Notes under the pieces: generated by a model | Told to the model about the DNA's origin: nothing | The model's database searches: none | What the model saw: the letters and a program-made list of their open reading frames with translations, nothing else | Shown here: piece after piece, positions 11,413 through 22,592 of the stretch | How positions within the stretch are numbered: the stretch's first letter is position 1 | How the letters are laid out: each line of letters opens with the position of its first letter | Source of the DNA: an uncultured Gammaproteobacteria bacterium | Lineage (GTDB): Bacteria > Pseudomonadota > Gammaproteobacteria > JAURND01 | DNA length: 64,000 bases | Assembly (NCBI GenBank): GCA_963714975.1 | Contig: CAVQQD010000002.1 | Coordinates: 576,001 to 640,000, forward strand | Direction: 5' to 3' | Translations under genes and position numbers: made by a program

Positions 11413-12576
11413 ATGAGTGAAGAAGGAAAGAGTCCAGATAAGCGAGAAAGCAAAGATAAGGATAAGGTCGGAATTTTCTCATCTACTATCCTAAGTAGCA
11501 AAAGTATATTTTGGGCGCCTATTCAGAGAAATCTTCCCAATAATTCTTTAACTCTTTCTGGCAAAAGAAAAACTGAGGAAACAAGGGTTGTAACGGATTG
11601 GAAAAATAGGCTCGTGGAAGCGAAAGAATATAAATTCACTCAAGATGCAGATCAGCCATTAAGTCAGTTGCAGCGCAATACGGTCTATTTGAAGGTAAGT
11701 AAGGATGGTCAATTACATTACAGAGTTTTGCCCCCCCAGAAGCTTGGAAATGTGCCTGTGTCCGGCACTTTCCCTGTTTCTATAGGACAAGATTTCGATC
11801 CAAATACTTTAACAAAACAACAGCAGGATGCCATTTTAAGAACTCTCTGCGACGAGGGTCAGGCTTATATATACGAACATTTAGGTCCTAAATTTTACCA
11901 ATTCCAAGCCCAGATTCATCGACAGACAGAGGGTTTGTATTGTGAACAAGGGCGGGTTATTCAACTTGATGATATGCTACGAGCAGCTTTGGGCAGTGAG
12001 ATCCAATGTGCTTTAGTATCGTCAGATAAAACACCTGACTTGAGTCATGTGGATCTATCAGGCTGTAATATTGGATATGTGCATGTGCCGAGCCAACGTA
12101 AACTATTCTTTGTGAATAAATATCAGCAAGAGCTGGTTGAGGTAGAACTGAAAGGCGCCAGAGATCAACAATTTCTTGATCTGATGCAGCTAGCTCAAGA
12201 GTACAAATCAATACGATTAACCAACAATCAGCTATCTAAGCTGGCCGAGATTCACCCCATGTTTCTGACCTATATTGAAAGAATTTTGGAAAATAGAAAA
12301 AAACATCTGGATTTTTATCATACGGAACTAGGTTTGCTGTGTTTGCTTAGTCCGATGGCTATGATTGGGGGAGCTTCCCTGACTGGAATTGGCAAGGCGA
12401 GAATTTTGGATCCGACTTATCTGAAATTAATGTACGCAGGAATAGGGATTCTTGTGCTGGGTGTAGTACTGTTCGCAATAACCAACTATGTGGACAACAA
12501 GAGGGTAGCCTTGGAACCCTGGTCTCCACTTGCCCCACTTACGAATTCTGAAATCCAAGGGGGGCGTAGCTATTGA
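11413..12576 (+). CDS. Hypothetical protein with C-terminal TM hairpin; paralog 1 of tandem pair
   Basis: 387 aa; shares LVEAKEYK, LSGCNIGYVH and ITNYVDNKR with the next ORF; TGGACT-N16-TATAAT upstream. Confidence 0.8.
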   Translation: MSEEGKSPDKRESKDKDKVGIFSSTILSSKSIFWAPIQRNLPNNSLTLSGKRKTEETRVVTDWKNRLVEAKEYKFTQDADQPLSQLQRNTVYLKVSKDGQLHYRVLPPQKLGNVPVSGTFPVSIGQDFDPNTLTKQQQDAILRTLCDEGQAYIYEHLGPKFYQFQAQIHRQTEGLYCEQGRVIQLDDMLRAALGSEIQCALVSSDKTPDLSHVDLSGCNIGYVHVPSQRKLFFVNKYQQELVEVELKGARDQQFLDLMQLAQEYKSIRLTNNQLSKLAEIHPMFLTYIERILENRKKHLDFYHTELGLLCLLSPMAMIGGASLTGIGKARILDPTYLKLMYAGIGILVLGVVLFAITNYVDNKRVALEPWSPLAPLTNSEIQGGRSY

Positions 12577-12647
12577 TCGCCATCTGTCCGCGAATAAAAG
12601 ACGCTTTATGAATTTTAGAATTTTATTAACCAAGAGAGGAAAAGATT

Positions 12648-13901
12648 ATGGGTGATGAACTAAAGGAAAATACACTAGAAGCCAAAATAAATGCGCACAA
12701 TGATGTTGGAATTGCGTCATCCCCAAGCGTATGCAACAAAAATATGTTTTGGACATCTGTTCAGCAACAAGGTATCGATCCTGAGATATCTCTTTCTGGC
12801 GAAAGAAAACAGGAGGAAGAAAGCATTCTGAGAGCATGGAACGGTATGCTTGTGGAAGCGAAAGAATATAAATTGGTTCAAGATACTAATCAACCAGCAA
12901 GTCAATTGCAGCGCAATACGGCCTATTTACAAGGGGAAAATAAGGAGGGTCAATTACATTATAGGGCTTTAAACCCCCGGAAACTTGAGAATGAGGTGGT
13001 GTCTGGTACTTTATCTATTCCTATAGAAGGAGATTGCAATCCGGATAAGTTAAGTGACCAATACAAAGCTTACATTTTAAAAACCCTGTGCAATGCGGGT
13101 CATGCTTATGTATACGAATATTTAGGTCCTAAATTTCCGAAATTTCAAACCAGAATTCATGAGCAGACACGTGGTTTGTATGCTGAAGAATGGAGTGCTA
13201 TCCAACTTGAAAACAGGCTAGGAGAAGCTTTAGGCCTTAACAACCGATGTGCCTTGGCATCATTACCATTATCTCAGTCTGTTTCCTCGACAAACTCGAA
13301 TTATTTGCAGTCAGGACCTGGGTGGCCGCCATCTGTTGTGGAAGGTGTTAATCTATCAGGCTGTAACATCGGCTATGTGCATTCGCCAAAGCAGAGCAAG
13401 CTTTACTTTGTGAATAAAAGCAAGAAACTGATCATTGATCTAGCCTTGGATGAAGCTACCTATCAAGGGTTTGTTAAGCAAATGCGCCCACCCGAAGAAA
13501 AAACAATAATATTAAATCCACAGCAACTATCGCAGCTAGCCAAAATTACCAAGCACCGCATTTTCCTGGAGTATATCGAAACAATCTTGGACAATAGAAA
13601 GAAACAGCGGGATGGTTATAATTCGGAGCTGAGCTTCCTGTGTATCGTTGGCCCGCTGGCGCTGGTTGGAGGAGGTTTCATGACTGGAATTGGTGGGGCA
13701 AAAGTGTTGGACTCCTCGGCTGATTTAAAAGTAATGTACGCAGGAATCGGACTTCTTGCGCTGAGCGTAGTACTGTTCGCAATAACCAACTATGTGGACA
13801 ACAAGAGAATAGCCTTGGAACCCTGGTCTCCACTTGCCCCGCTCACGGATTCTGAAATACAAGGGGGGCGTAACTATTTCTCGTCGTCTTCCCAGACATA
13901 A
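12648..13901 (+). CDS. Hypothetical protein with C-terminal TM hairpin; paralog 2 of tandem pair
   Basis: 417 aa; AGGA RBS; clear paralogy to 11413-12576. Confidence 0.8.
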   Translation: MGDELKENTLEAKINAHNDVGIASSPSVCNKNMFWTSVQQQGIDPEISLSGERKQEEESILRAWNGMLVEAKEYKLVQDTNQPASQLQRNTAYLQGENKEGQLHYRALNPRKLENEVVSGTLSIPIEGDCNPDKLSDQYKAYILKTLCNAGHAYVYEYLGPKFPKFQTRIHEQTRGLYAEEWSAIQLENRLGEALGLNNRCALASLPLSQSVSSTNSNYLQSGPGWPPSVVEGVNLSGCNIGYVHSPKQSKLYFVNKSKKLIIDLALDEATYQGFVKQMRPPEEKTIILNPQQLSQLAKITKHRIFLEYIETILDNRKKQRDGYNSELSFLCIVGPLALVGGGFMTGIGGAKVLDSSADLKVMYAGIGLLALSVVLFAITNYVDNKRIALEPWSPLAPLTDSEIQGGRNYFSSSSQT

Positions 13902-13990
13902 ATTCCGTAAGTCAGGGACTCTAGCAAATCGTTGACGGCTATGCCATAAGACGCTATCCTTACGCACCAGTTCATACGGAGGAAAGGGAA

Positions 13991-14506
13991 ATTACAGTTA
14001 AAAAAACACGAATTAATTATGAAATCACTGCCCCTGAGGTGTTTTTAATTAGTGCAGAAGGTGAAAAGATCGGTGCAGTAAAAATTCGGCAAGCCTTAGA
14101 GCGTGCAGAAGCCAGTGGTTTAGACTTAGTTGAAATCTCACCGCAAGCACAACCCCCAGTCTGTCGGGTCATGGATTTTGGCAAGTATCGTTTTGAGCAA
14201 AATAAGAAACTAGCTAAACAAAAGAAAAAACAAAAACAAGTACAAATTAAGGAAATCAAGCTGCGTCCTGCCACCGACCTGGGTGATTACCAAGTCAAAA
14301 TTCGCAATGCCAGGCGCTTTTTGGAAGAGGGCGATAAAGTTAAATTTACTGTGCGCTTTCGTGGGCGGGAACTGTCTTATCCCCAGCTGGGAATGGATTT
14401 ATTAAAACGGATCGAAAAAGATTTAGAAGATATATCAGCGGTTGAGCAATTGGCCAAGATGGAAGGTAAACAAGCAGTGATGGTCATTGGCCCAAAGAAA
14501 AAGTAA
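13991..14506 (+). CDS. infC: Translation initiation factor IF-3 (ATT start)
   Basis: GGAGG then in-frame ATT ACA GTT AAA... (TVKKTRINYEI); LDLVEISPQAQPPVCRVMDFGK. Confidence 0.95.
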   Translation: MTVKKTRINYEITAPEVFLISAEGEKIGAVKIRQALERAEASGLDLVEISPQAQPPVCRVMDFGKYRFEQNKKLAKQKKKQKQVQIKEIKLRPATDLGDYQVKIRNARRFLEEGDKVKFTVRFRGRELSYPQLGMDLLKRIEKDLEDISAVEQLAKMEGKQAVMVIGPKKK

Positions 14507-14524
14507 GTTACTAGGAGTTGAAGA

Positions 14525-14722
14525 ATGCCTAAAATGAAATCAAATCGGAGTGCGGCAAAACGATTTAAGCCGACTGGCGCTGGTGGTCTTAAGCACAGAT
14601 CAGCTTCTCGTAATCATATCTTGACTAAAAAGAGAATGAAGCGAAAACGCCATTTGCGGGGTATGGCGATGGTCCATGAAAGTGATTTAAGATCCATCAA
14701 ACGTTTATTAAATATTCAGTAA
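14525..14722 (+). CDS. rpmI: 50S ribosomal protein L35
   Basis: [15 protein letters not shown]. Confidence 0.97.
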   Translation: MPKMKSNRSAAKRFKPTGAGGLKHRSASRNHILTKKRMKRKRHLRGMAMVHESDLRSIKRLLNIQ

Positions 14723-14754
14723 TAATCTAACCATTGAACATATAGGGTATCTCT

Positions 14755-15120
14755 ATGCCAAGAGTAAAACGTGGGGTGCAAGCTAGAGCACGTCATAAAA
14801 AGATATTAAAGCTAACTAAAGGTCATTATGGGGCGCGAAGTCGGGTATTTCGGGTAGCGAAGCAATCTGCTATTAAAGCAGGGCAATACGCTTATCGTGA
14901 TCGTCGGCAGCGCAAGCGGGTGTTTCGGGCTTTGTGGATTGTCCGCATTAATGCGGCTGCGCGTGAGGTTGGCTTGTCGTACAGTCGTTTCATGGACGGG
15001 TTGAAAAAGGCCAATATATTAATTGACCGTAAGGTATTAGCCGATATGGCAATTTTTAATAAACCGGCATTTTTGGCAATAGCTGAGCAAGCAAAGCAAG
15101 TGTTAATCCCTTCTCCCTAA
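14755..15120 (+). CDS. rplT: 50S ribosomal protein L20
   Basis: [24 protein letters not shown]. Confidence 0.98.
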   Translation: MPRVKRGVQARARHKKILKLTKGHYGARSRVFRVAKQSAIKAGQYAYRDRRQRKRVFRALWIVRINAAAREVGLSYSRFMDGLKKANILIDRKVLADMAIFNKPAFLAIAEQAKQVLIPSP

Positions 15121-15147
15121 CTTTCTAAAACTCTCTTCTGCATTATT

Positions 15148-15340
15148 CCTTCTCCCCTTGTGGGAGAAGGTGCCGAAGGCGGATGAGGAGTGGTCTCCCC
15201 TTCATCCCGAGGAGCTTGCGACGAGGGATCTCCATGCCAGTTGCAGGAGATCCCTCGCTTCGCTCGGGATGACGAGGAGCTCGGGATGACGAGGAGCCCC
15301 CTCATCCCGGCCTGCGGCCATCTCCCATGAGGGAAGAAGG
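15148..15340. repeat. Composite REP cluster (nested palindromes)
   Basis: CCTTCTCCCCTTGTGGGAGAAGG, TCATCCCGAGGAGCTTGCGACGAGGGATCTC and GAGATCCCTCGCTTCGCTCGGGATGAC; tandem GCTCGGGATGACGAGGA. Confidence 0.85.
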
Positions 15341-15367
15341 AGTAATGTGAACCTCGGGTCGATTCAA

Positions 15368-16609
15368 ATGGCAAGATTTTTAATTCACTGTCTCTTATTA
15401 TTATTTAGCTTCCCTACCTTTGCTCAGGAGCAGTTTAATCAGCCCATTCCTTTAAATGAAACAACTGCCGTCCAACAATATGTGACTTCAGAGTCTGGGA
15501 ATCCTCCGAGTCAGCCTGGTTCTTTGCCCACAGTAGGAGGAGATACCCAGGCCGCGGGAGCTGCGCCCATTAGTCCTGTTCTTGCTTCACCTACTCCGGC
15601 ACAGGCGCCACAGGTGGCGGTACCCACTGCTGTAGTTGCGCCTACTACGGTTGCTCCAAATGCACCTCTTGCTTCGACCGTCATTCCGTCTCCTTCAGCT
15701 GCGGTGGCTGCCGCTGCTGTGGCGGCTACGGCTTCCCTTCCAACGCCTGCATTGCCTGCTTCAGGTTATACGCTTTATCCTAATGCGCCGAATGGCACAC
15801 CGGTACCAGTCCAACCTCCACCTACGGATTTACCGCCACCCGTATTGCCAACCGTGCAAACTATATTACCAACCCCCTATTTACTGCCAGCCGCACAAAC
15901 TACCACGAATGCAGTATCAATTTCTGGAGAGAATATTCCTGCTAATTCCGCAGCCCAGGCTACTGGCCAACCCACCACTCCTGATTTTCTGGTGGAGCGT
16001 CCTCCTGTTCAAGAATTTGTGGGTGGACTTAATCAAAATGCTTTTGTGGCTTGTGAAAAAGCCGTTACCCAGCTTTGTACGCGTGCGCCCGATATTGCCC
16101 AGTTTCAGGTCTGTTTAAATCAATTTAGGGCCCAGCCTGGCTGTAAGCAATTCTCTACTTTTGCCTCGTTATCGGGCTTTGCTCCAGGAAGCTTTGTTGA
16201 TTTAATGCAACACTATAAAGAAGCACGCCTGACTTTACTGCACTTAAGTCGTGGGGGAGTAAATTATGCCGGTGATTATTATGCTGTTGGGGCGGATGGT
16301 AATTTTGTCAATCTCACTTCTGGACCAGAAGCCCAAGCCATTGATATCACTAAAAATGTGGCATATCCCGCCCTTGTTGAACGCTTTTCTAATGTGCAAT
16401 TATGGTCTTTGGTGGATCAACTGCCTCGAGCCAGTGTTCCCGCCAATGGTCGAGGACTAAGTTTAGTATTCCGCTTTCTAATGCTGAATGGCTGTATTAG
16501 CTGTGAACGAGTAGGTTATGCTTATGTCGCCTACGATTTTTCTGAGTTAGGCGCTTTACAAAATATGCGGCTATTGACCTTAGAAACATTGGGGACAGAA
16601 AGGGGGTAG
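15368..16609 (+). CDS. Secreted Pro/Ala/Thr-rich protein with a Cys-containing C-terminal domain
   Basis: Signal peptide MARFLIHCLLLLFSFPTFA; long low-complexity stalk; six Cys in the C-terminal half. Confidence 0.75.
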   Translation: MARFLIHCLLLLFSFPTFAQEQFNQPIPLNETTAVQQYVTSESGNPPSQPGSLPTVGGDTQAAGAAPISPVLASPTPAQAPQVAVPTAVVAPTTVAPNAPLASTVIPSPSAAVAAAAVAATASLPTPALPASGYTLYPNAPNGTPVPVQPPPTDLPPPVLPTVQTILPTPYLLPAAQTTTNAVSISGENIPANSAAQATGQPTTPDFLVERPPVQEFVGGLNQNAFVACEKAVTQLCTRAPDIAQFQVCLNQFRAQPGCKQFSTFASLSGFAPGSFVDLMQHYKEARLTLLHLSRGGVNYAGDYYAVGADGNFVNLTSGPEAQAIDITKNVAYPALVERFSNVQLWSLVDQLPRASVPANGRGLSLVFRFLMLNGCISCERVGYAYVAYDFSELGALQNMRLLTLETLGTERG

Positions 16610-16670
16610 ATTTTCCTTCTCCCACAAGGGGAGAAGGATAATAGAGCGGAAATTTTAGAATGAGGTAATC

Positions 16671-17690
16671 ATGCAGGAACAAATCACGAAAATTGTCACC
16701 ACCGCCCTTGAGCTCATTGCCGCCACCTCCACGAGTGCCGCGTTAGAACAAATTCGCACCCAAATGCTAGGTAAAAAGGGGCAATTAACTGAATTATTAA
16801 AAACGGTTGGTAGCTTACCTCCTAAACAACGTTCTGTGACTGGAGATCTCATTAATAAGGCAAAACAACAGTTGCTGACGGTTTTGCAAGAACGCAGTAA
16901 TGCATTAAGTCAATTAGCTCTGGTAGAAAAATTACGAACCGAAGCGATTGATGTCACCCTGCCAGGGCGTTCTTTTACCGGGATAGGCAGCTTCCATCCG
17001 GTCAGCCGGGTACGTGAGCGCTTGGAGCAGCTGTATCTTTCTCTGGGTTTTAAGCTAGTAGAAGGGCCTGAAATTGAAGATGATTATCATAATTTTGCCG
17101 CCTTAAATTTTCCGCCTGATCACCCCGCTCGCGCCATGCATGATACTTTTTATTTCGCGGATGGGTCTTTATTGCGAACCCATACCTCCACGGTACAAAT
17201 TCGCGCCATGGAAACTTCAGCGCTACCCTTACGAATTATTACCCCGGGCCGGGTGTATCGCTGTGATTCAGACCAGACTCATACTCCGATGTTTCATCAG
17301 TTAGAAGGGTTAGTGGTGGATGATTCATGTACCTTTGCCGATTTAAAAGGGCATCTACATGAATTTATGTTGCGATTTTTTGAAAGAGATTTAACCGTGC
17401 GTTTTCGTGCCTCGTATTTTCCTTTCACCGAACCTTCGGCAGAAATGGACGTTTCTTGCTTTTGTACCGAGCGCGAAAGTTGTCGGGTTTGTGGTGGTAC
17501 GGGATGGTTAGAAGTTTTAGGTTGTGGTATGGTGCACCCCAATGTATTAAGCATGTGTGGTATTGATGCAGAAAAATATACGGGTTTTGCTTTTGGTATC
17601 GGGATGGATCGTCTGGCTATGCTGCGTTATGGCATAGATGACTTACGCAAGTTTTTTGAAAATGATTTACGGTTCATGAATATCTTATGA
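16671..17690 (+). CDS. pheS: Phenylalanine-tRNA ligase alpha subunit
   Basis: [25 protein letters not shown]. Confidence 0.98.
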   Translation: MQEQITKIVTTALELIAATSTSAALEQIRTQMLGKKGQLTELLKTVGSLPPKQRSVTGDLINKAKQQLLTVLQERSNALSQLALVEKLRTEAIDVTLPGRSFTGIGSFHPVSRVRERLEQLYLSLGFKLVEGPEIEDDYHNFAALNFPPDHPARAMHDTFYFADGSLLRTHTSTVQIRAMETSALPLRIITPGRVYRCDSDQTHTPMFHQLEGLVVDDSCTFADLKGHLHEFMLRFFERDLTVRFRASYFPFTEPSAEMDVSCFCTERESCRVCGGTGWLEVLGCGMVHPNVLSMCGIDAEKYTGFAFGIGMDRLAMLRYGIDDLRKFFENDLRFMNIL

Positions 17691-20074
17691 AGATAAGCGA
17701 ACGTTGGCTGCGCGAATGGGTCAATCCCGCGATTAGCAGTGCACAATTAGTCGAACACCTCACCATGGCGGGTTTAGAAGTCGATGCCGCTACGCCAATG
17801 GGTTTTTGGTTAGAGAAAGTGTTGGTGGGCAAGGTGCTCAGCATAGTGCCTCATCCTGATGCCGATCGGTTACGGGTTTGTACGGTGCTGATTCATGAAG
17901 AGAATCCTCCGCTAACTATTGTCTGCGGTGCCCCCAATGTCCGGGAGGGTCTGAAAGTGGCCGTCGCGACGGTGGGGGCAGTTTTGCCCGGCAACTTCGC
18001 GATTAAGCGCGCTAAAATCCGCGGGATTGAATCGAGTGGCATGTTGTGTTCCGAGAGCGAATTAGGCATCGGTGAACCTGGGGGTGGCATTATGGAGCTG
18101 CCTGAGGAGGCTCAAGTTGGGCGAGCACTTAGTGACTTGATGCAGTTTCCTGATCAAGTGATCGATATTAGTGTCTCTCCTAATCGTGGCGATTGTCTCA
18201 GCGCTTTAGGGATTGCCCGGGAAATTGCTGCGGTGACAAAAACGGCGTTGCAGCCCTTAGCCATTGACGAATTGGCTGCAACTCATGCGGAGACTTTGCC
18301 GATCCAAGTCTTAGCGCCGCAAGATTGCCCGCGTTATTTAGGTCGGATATTACGCGGGATTAATCCCCAAGCCGTGACGCCGTTTTGGTTGAAAGAGCGT
18401 TTGCGCCGTAGTGGAATTCGTAGTATTCACCCCGTGGTAGATGCCGCTAATTATGTGATGTTAGAGCTTGGGCAACCTATGCACGCCTTTGATTTAGCGA
18501 CTTTAACCGAGCACATCCAGGTGCGGCGTAGTCATCCCGGGGAGCAGGTGACCTTACTGGATGGACAAACTCTCAGCTTGCAGCATCCAGCACTTGTGAT
18601 AGCAGATGCCAGCCAAATTTTAGCGATCGCAGGGGTGATGGGAGGGGAATCTTCGGCGGTATCGGCACATACCACTGATTTATTTTTGGAAAGTGCTTTT
18701 TTTAGTCCGGCTGCAGTTCGCTCTAGCTTACGCCAATATCCCTTGCAAAGTGATTCCGCCCATCGTTATGAGCGCGGGGTAGACCCGCAATTACCTCAGC
18801 AGGCCATGTCTCGGCTGACGAGTTTATTACTAGAAATAGTCGGTGGTTCCCCAGGCCCCGTGGTGGAGGTTGCGGCGCAAGAATATTTGCCGAAACCACC
18901 TACGTTGTTGCTGCGCTTTGAGCGCATCAAGCGTGTCTTAGGAACTGCGCCAGAACAATCCAGGGTAAAAGAGATCTTGCTGAGCTTGGGGATGCAGGTC
19001 TCGTCTCACCCAGAAGGGTGGTTGGTGGTACCCCCGAGTTTTCGTTTTGATATGACAATTGAAGCCGATTTGATTGAAGAGGTGGCTCGGGTTTATGGCT
19101 ATAATCAAATTCCTGATGGAGCTATTACCGCCGCCCTCACCATGCTAGCGGTGCCTGAAAATCGGCTGACGCCCTCGCGAATTCGGCATTATTGGATTGA
19201 TCATGGTTACACGGAAGTCATTAATTACAGTTTTATCTCGCCCAAATTATCTTCGCAACTCGATCCAGAACACACGCCTCTGGCGCTTGAAAATCCTATG
19301 TCGTCTGATATGGCGGTGATGCGGACGAGTTTGTGGCCAGGGTTAATCCAAACAGCGAGTTTTAATCTCAACCGGCAGCAATCGCGACTGCGATTATTTG
19401 AGCTGGGTACTTGCTTTATCCAAGTCGGTCCACAGTGGCAGGAACAACTTAAATTAGCCGGTTTGGCCATCGGCAGTACTCAGCCTGAACAATGGGGAGT
19501 GCAGGGCCGGCTCGTGGATTTTTTTGATATCAAAGGGGATTTAACCGGATTAATTCGTTTGACAGGTGCCCAAGATCACTTTAAATTTGTCGCAGATAGC
19601 GCGGTTCCGAGCTTGCATCCTGGTTGTACGGCGAGGATTCAACGGGCAGGGAAGTGGGTGGGGCATGTGGGTCAGTTGCATCCGCTGTTGCAGCAGCAAT
19701 TGGACTTTCCCGATCCGGTATTTTTATTTGAACTATTTTTATCCGAAATAACTGCTGCCGAACTACCTCGTTACGTTTCGCCATCTAAATATCCTTCAAT
19801 TCGGCGTGACTTGGCTTTTACAGTGGATGAACAAGTTTCTTACCAGGCAATATATGCAGCCATTCAGTCGTCGGTAGCAGAGGTTCTGCGGGAAGTGAAA
19901 CTTTTTGATGTCTATCAAGGGGAAAAAATTCCTCCTGGAAAAAAGAGCATGGCAATAGGCTTGACGTTTCAAGCAAGTTCCCGCACTCTAACCGACCAAG
20001 AGGTTGATGAAATGATGCTGTCAATCATCAGCGGGCTCAAGCAAGATTTTGCTGCAATCCTGAGGGACTACTAA
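17687..20074 (+). CDS. pheT: Phenylalanine-tRNA ligase beta subunit
   Basis: [26 protein letters not shown]. Confidence 0.98.
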   Translation: MKISERWLREWVNPAISSAQLVEHLTMAGLEVDAATPMGFWLEKVLVGKVLSIVPHPDADRLRVCTVLIHEENPPLTIVCGAPNVREGLKVAVATVGAVLPGNFAIKRAKIRGIESSGMLCSESELGIGEPGGGIMELPEEAQVGRALSDLMQFPDQVIDISVSPNRGDCLSALGIAREIAAVTKTALQPLAIDELAATHAETLPIQVLAPQDCPRYLGRILRGINPQAVTPFWLKERLRRSGIRSIHPVVDAANYVMLELGQPMHAFDLATLTEHIQVRRSHPGEQVTLLDGQTLSLQHPALVIADASQILAIAGVMGGESSAVSAHTTDLFLESAFFSPAAVRSSLRQYPLQSDSAHRYERGVDPQLPQQAMSRLTSLLLEIVGGSPGPVVEVAAQEYLPKPPTLLLRFERIKRVLGTAPEQSRVKEILLSLGMQVSSHPEGWLVVPPSFRFDMTIEADLIEEVARVYGYNQIPDGAITAALTMLAVPENRLTPSRIRHYWIDHGYTEVINYSFISPKLSSQLDPEHTPLALENPMSSDMAVMRTSLWPGLIQTASFNLNRQQSRLRLFELGTCFIQVGPQWQEQLKLAGLAIGSTQPEQWGVQGRLVDFFDIKGDLTGLIRLTGAQDHFKFVADSAVPSLHPGCTARIQRAGKWVGHVGQLHPLLQQQLDFPDPVFLFELFLSEITAAELPRYVSPSKYPSIRRDLAFTVDEQVSYQAIYAAIQSSVAEVLREVKLFDVYQGEKIPPGKKSMAIGLTFQASSRTLTDQEVDEMMLSIISGLKQDFAAILRDY

Positions 20075-20077
20075 ATT

Positions 20078-20395
20078 ATGGCAATCACCAAAGCAGAATT
20101 AGTGGAATATTTATTCAAGATGATTGGCATCAATAAGCGAGAAGCCAAGGAGGTGGTTGATTCGCTCTTTGAAGAAATTTGTCTTGCCTTAGAACAAGGG
20201 GATAATGTAAAACTATCTGGTTTTGGTAATTTTATATTACGCGATAAAAAAGAGCGGCCAGGGAGAAATCCCAAAACCGGGGAAGTCGTTGTTATTGAGC
20301 CACGTCGGGTGGTCACTTTTCGTGCTGCTGGAAGATTGAAGGAGCAAGTGAGTCACTATGCAGGAAAAGAACAAGAAGACAAATCTGAGCAATAA
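20078..20395 (+). CDS. ihfA: Integration host factor alpha
   Basis: [19 protein letters not shown]; follows pheT. Confidence 0.97.
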   Translation: MAITKAELVEYLFKMIGINKREAKEVVDSLFEEICLALEQGDNVKLSGFGNFILRDKKERPGRNPKTGEVVVIEPRRVVTFRAAGRLKEQVSHYAGKEQEDKSEQ

Positions 20396-20729
20396 TGCCC
20401 AGTTGCCTTTGATTCCAGATAAGTTATATTTTAGCATCGGTGAAGTGTCTAAACTGTGTGAGATCAAGCCCCATGTGTTGCGTTATTGGGAACAAGAATT
20501 TGAACAACTTAATCCAACCAAACGCCGCGGCAATAGACGCTATTATCAGCGTAACGATGTGATTATGGTGCGGCAAATAAAAAATTTATTGTATGAAAAG
20601 GGGTTTACGATTGAAGGAGCCCGAGTACAATTAGTGCAAACCGCTAATGCCGTTCAGACAACAGAGACTGGGTGTCTGCAGCGAGTGTTGGTTGACTTAG
20701 AAGGTTTATTGTTGTTGTTAGAAAGCTAG
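20358..20729 (+). CDS. MerR-family regulator (conserved after ihfA)
   Basis: [22 protein letters not shown]; start uncertain. Confidence 0.9.
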   Translation: MQEKNKKTNLSNNAQLPLIPDKLYFSIGEVSKLCEIKPHVLRYWEQEFEQLNPTKRRGNRRYYQRNDVIMVRQIKNLLYEKGFTIEGARVQLVQTANAVQTTETGCLQRVLVDLEGLLLLLES

Positions 20730-20732
20730 ATT

Positions 20733-20874
20733 CCTTCTCCCCTTGTGGCAAATTCCCTCTCCCCCGCCCGAGCGTCAGCGAGGGAAGGTGGGAGAGGGTT
20801 AGGGAGAGGGGGTGGTGAAATTGGCTCTTTCCCTCATCCGGCCTGCAGCCACCTTCTCCCACAAGGGGAGAAGG
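20733..20874. repeat. Composite REP cluster
   Basis: Inverted CCTTCTCCCCTTGTGG / CCACAAGGGGAGAAGG arms enclosing the 2115-type repeat. Confidence 0.85.
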
Positions 20875-20920
20875 AATAATGCTGAGGATTTATTAGGGGG
20901 AGAGGGAGTTTAGTATTATT

Positions 20921-20997
20921 CGGGGCGTAGCGCAGTTTGGTAGCGCACTTGCATGGGGTGCAAGGGGTCGCAGGTTCAAATCCTGCCGTCCCGACCA
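20921..20997 (+). tRNA. tRNA-Pro(GGG)
   Basis: CTTGC-ATGGGGT-GCAAG anticodon arm, GGTTCAAATCC T-arm, CCA end. Confidence 0.96.
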
Positions 20998-21014
20998 ATT
21001 CTATAGGGTTGGCA

Positions 21015-21200
21015 ATGGATTATAAATTATTAGCTATACTAGCTTGTCCAATTTGTAAAGGTAAATTAATTTATCGGAAAGAGACGGAGGAGCTGATCTG
21101 TAAATTCGATAAATTGGCTTATCCTATTTGTGATGGGATTCCAGTAATGCTGGAGGATCGAGCCCGTCAAATTTCTGAATCTGAGCACGAGGTGTTGTAA
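21015..21200 (+). CDS. Trm112-like (YcaR/UPF0434) protein
   Basis: [26 protein letters not shown]; upstream of kdsB. Confidence 0.9.
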   Translation: MDYKLLAILACPICKGKLIYRKETEELICKFDKLAYPICDGIPVMLEDRARQISESEHEVL

Positions 21201-21958
21201 TGGAGTTTAAAGTTGTTATTCCTGCTAGATATGCTTCTTCTCGATTACCAGGTAAGTTATTGATGGATATCGGGGGTAAGCCGATGATTCAACACGTCTA
21301 TGAGCGTGCTGTGGAGAGTGGTGCTGAAAGTGTGGTGATTGCTGCAGATGATACCCGCATTCGTGAAGTGGCCGAAGGTTTTGGCGCTCCAGTTTGTATG
21401 ACTTCTCCTGACCATATCAGCGGGACAGAACGCTTGGCTGAGGCCGTAGTGGCCTTAGGCTATATGGAAGACGATATTATCGTTAACTTGCAAGGCGATG
21501 AACCCTTAATCCCTTCCGTCGTGGTACGGCAAGTGGCAGAAGACTTGGTGAAATATGAAAATGCGAAAGTGGCCACGCTTTACGAGCCGATCAAAACGAT
21601 TGAAGAATTATTTAATCCTAATAATGTCAAAGTAGTGATGAATAAGCGTGGTTATGCGCTGTATTTTAGTCGTGCGCCATTACCCTGGGATCGTGCGCAA
21701 TTTCGCTTACCACCCGAAGAAAATCAAAAATTACATACCGAACACTTTCGCCATGTAGGCGTTTATGCCTATCGCGTGGGAGTTTTGCAAGAATACATGG
21801 AGTGGGGACCCTCTCCGATAGAAGAAATAGAGCATCTGGAACAGCTTCGAGTTTTATGGAATGGTGGTCGAGTGCATTTAACTCCGGCAAAAGCCGCAGT
21901 GCCTCAAGATGTAAATACCGCCGAAGATTTGGACATAGTACGAAAATTACTCGTGTAA
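21200..21958 (+). CDS. kdsB: 3-deoxy-manno-octulosonate cytidylyltransferase
   Basis: [27 protein letters not shown]. Confidence 0.97.
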   Translation: MEFKVVIPARYASSRLPGKLLMDIGGKPMIQHVYERAVESGAESVVIAADDTRIREVAEGFGAPVCMTSPDHISGTERLAEAVVALGYMEDDIIVNLQGDEPLIPSVVVRQVAEDLVKYENAKVATLYEPIKTIEELFNPNNVKVVMNKRGYALYFSRAPLPWDRAQFRLPPEENQKLHTEHFRHVGVYAYRVGVLQEYMEWGPSPIEEIEHLEQLRVLWNGGRVHLTPAKAAVPQDVNTAEDLDIVRKLLV

Positions 21959-21965
21959 AATAGCT

Positions 21966-22592
21966 GTGCAACGACGAAATTTATTGATCTTATTCATTGG
22001 TCTTGGCGCCATTATTCTCAGTTATTACTTGGTTGATAAACCAGTAGTGTACTGGGCCTATGCGCATCAGTTGCGTCAATACGCGATCCTTAAGCTCTTC
22101 ACTCAACTATCTGAAGTACTGACAGCGGCGGTCTTTATTGCATATTTATGGTTGCTGTGGCGTTTTTATGCTGGGAAACGCAGTTATCACGATTTTGCCA
22201 TCTTAATCATCGCCAATAGCGTGGTGATTACCGCCTTTTTGGTCACGGTCTTGAAGTTTATCTTTGCCCGTTATTGGCCAGCCACTTGGATTGACGATAA
22301 CCTTTCTTTATTAAGCAATCAAGCCTATGGATTTCAATGGTTTAAAGCAGGAGTGGCCTATGAATCATTTCCTTCTGGGCATATTGCCAGAATGGTTGCG
22401 GCGATGGTTGCACTTGCTATTGTGTACCCACGTTACGTTTGGCTAGCGGTGCTGCTGATTGCGTTAATGGTGATTGGTATTGTGGGTATGTATTATCATT
22501 TTGTGAGTGATGGACTAGCGGGTGGCTTATTGGGGTATTTAGTAGCTTCCGTTACTGCCGCTTGGGTCCTCCCACAAGATGAGAAGGAATAA
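21966..22592 (+). CDS. PAP2-family membrane phosphatase (possible lipid A phosphatase)
   Basis: K..FARYWP, SFPSGH and HFVSD motifs with TM helices. Confidence 0.85.
   Translation: MQRRNLLILFIGLGAIILSYYLVDKPVVYWAYAHQLRQYAILKLFTQLSEVLTAAVFIAYLWLLWRFYAGKRSYHDFAILIIANSVVITAFLVTVLKFIFARYWPATWIDDNLSLLSNQAYGFQWFKAGVAYESFPSGHIARMVAAMVALAIVYPRYVWLAVLLIALMVIGIVGMYYHFVSDGLAGGLLGYLVASVTAAWVLPQDEKE

Noticed and set aside
13991-13993. ATT start codon of infC
   Set aside because: Real, but a well-known autoregulatory feature and not novel.
15148-15340. Short tandem repeats that could be mistaken for a CRISPR array
   Set aside because: No constant-length repeat-spacer series and no cas genes; these are REP palindromes found across the window.
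20937-21014. N-terminal extension of the 87-aa ORF
   Set aside because: It reads through tRNA-Pro; the true Trm112-like start is 21015.
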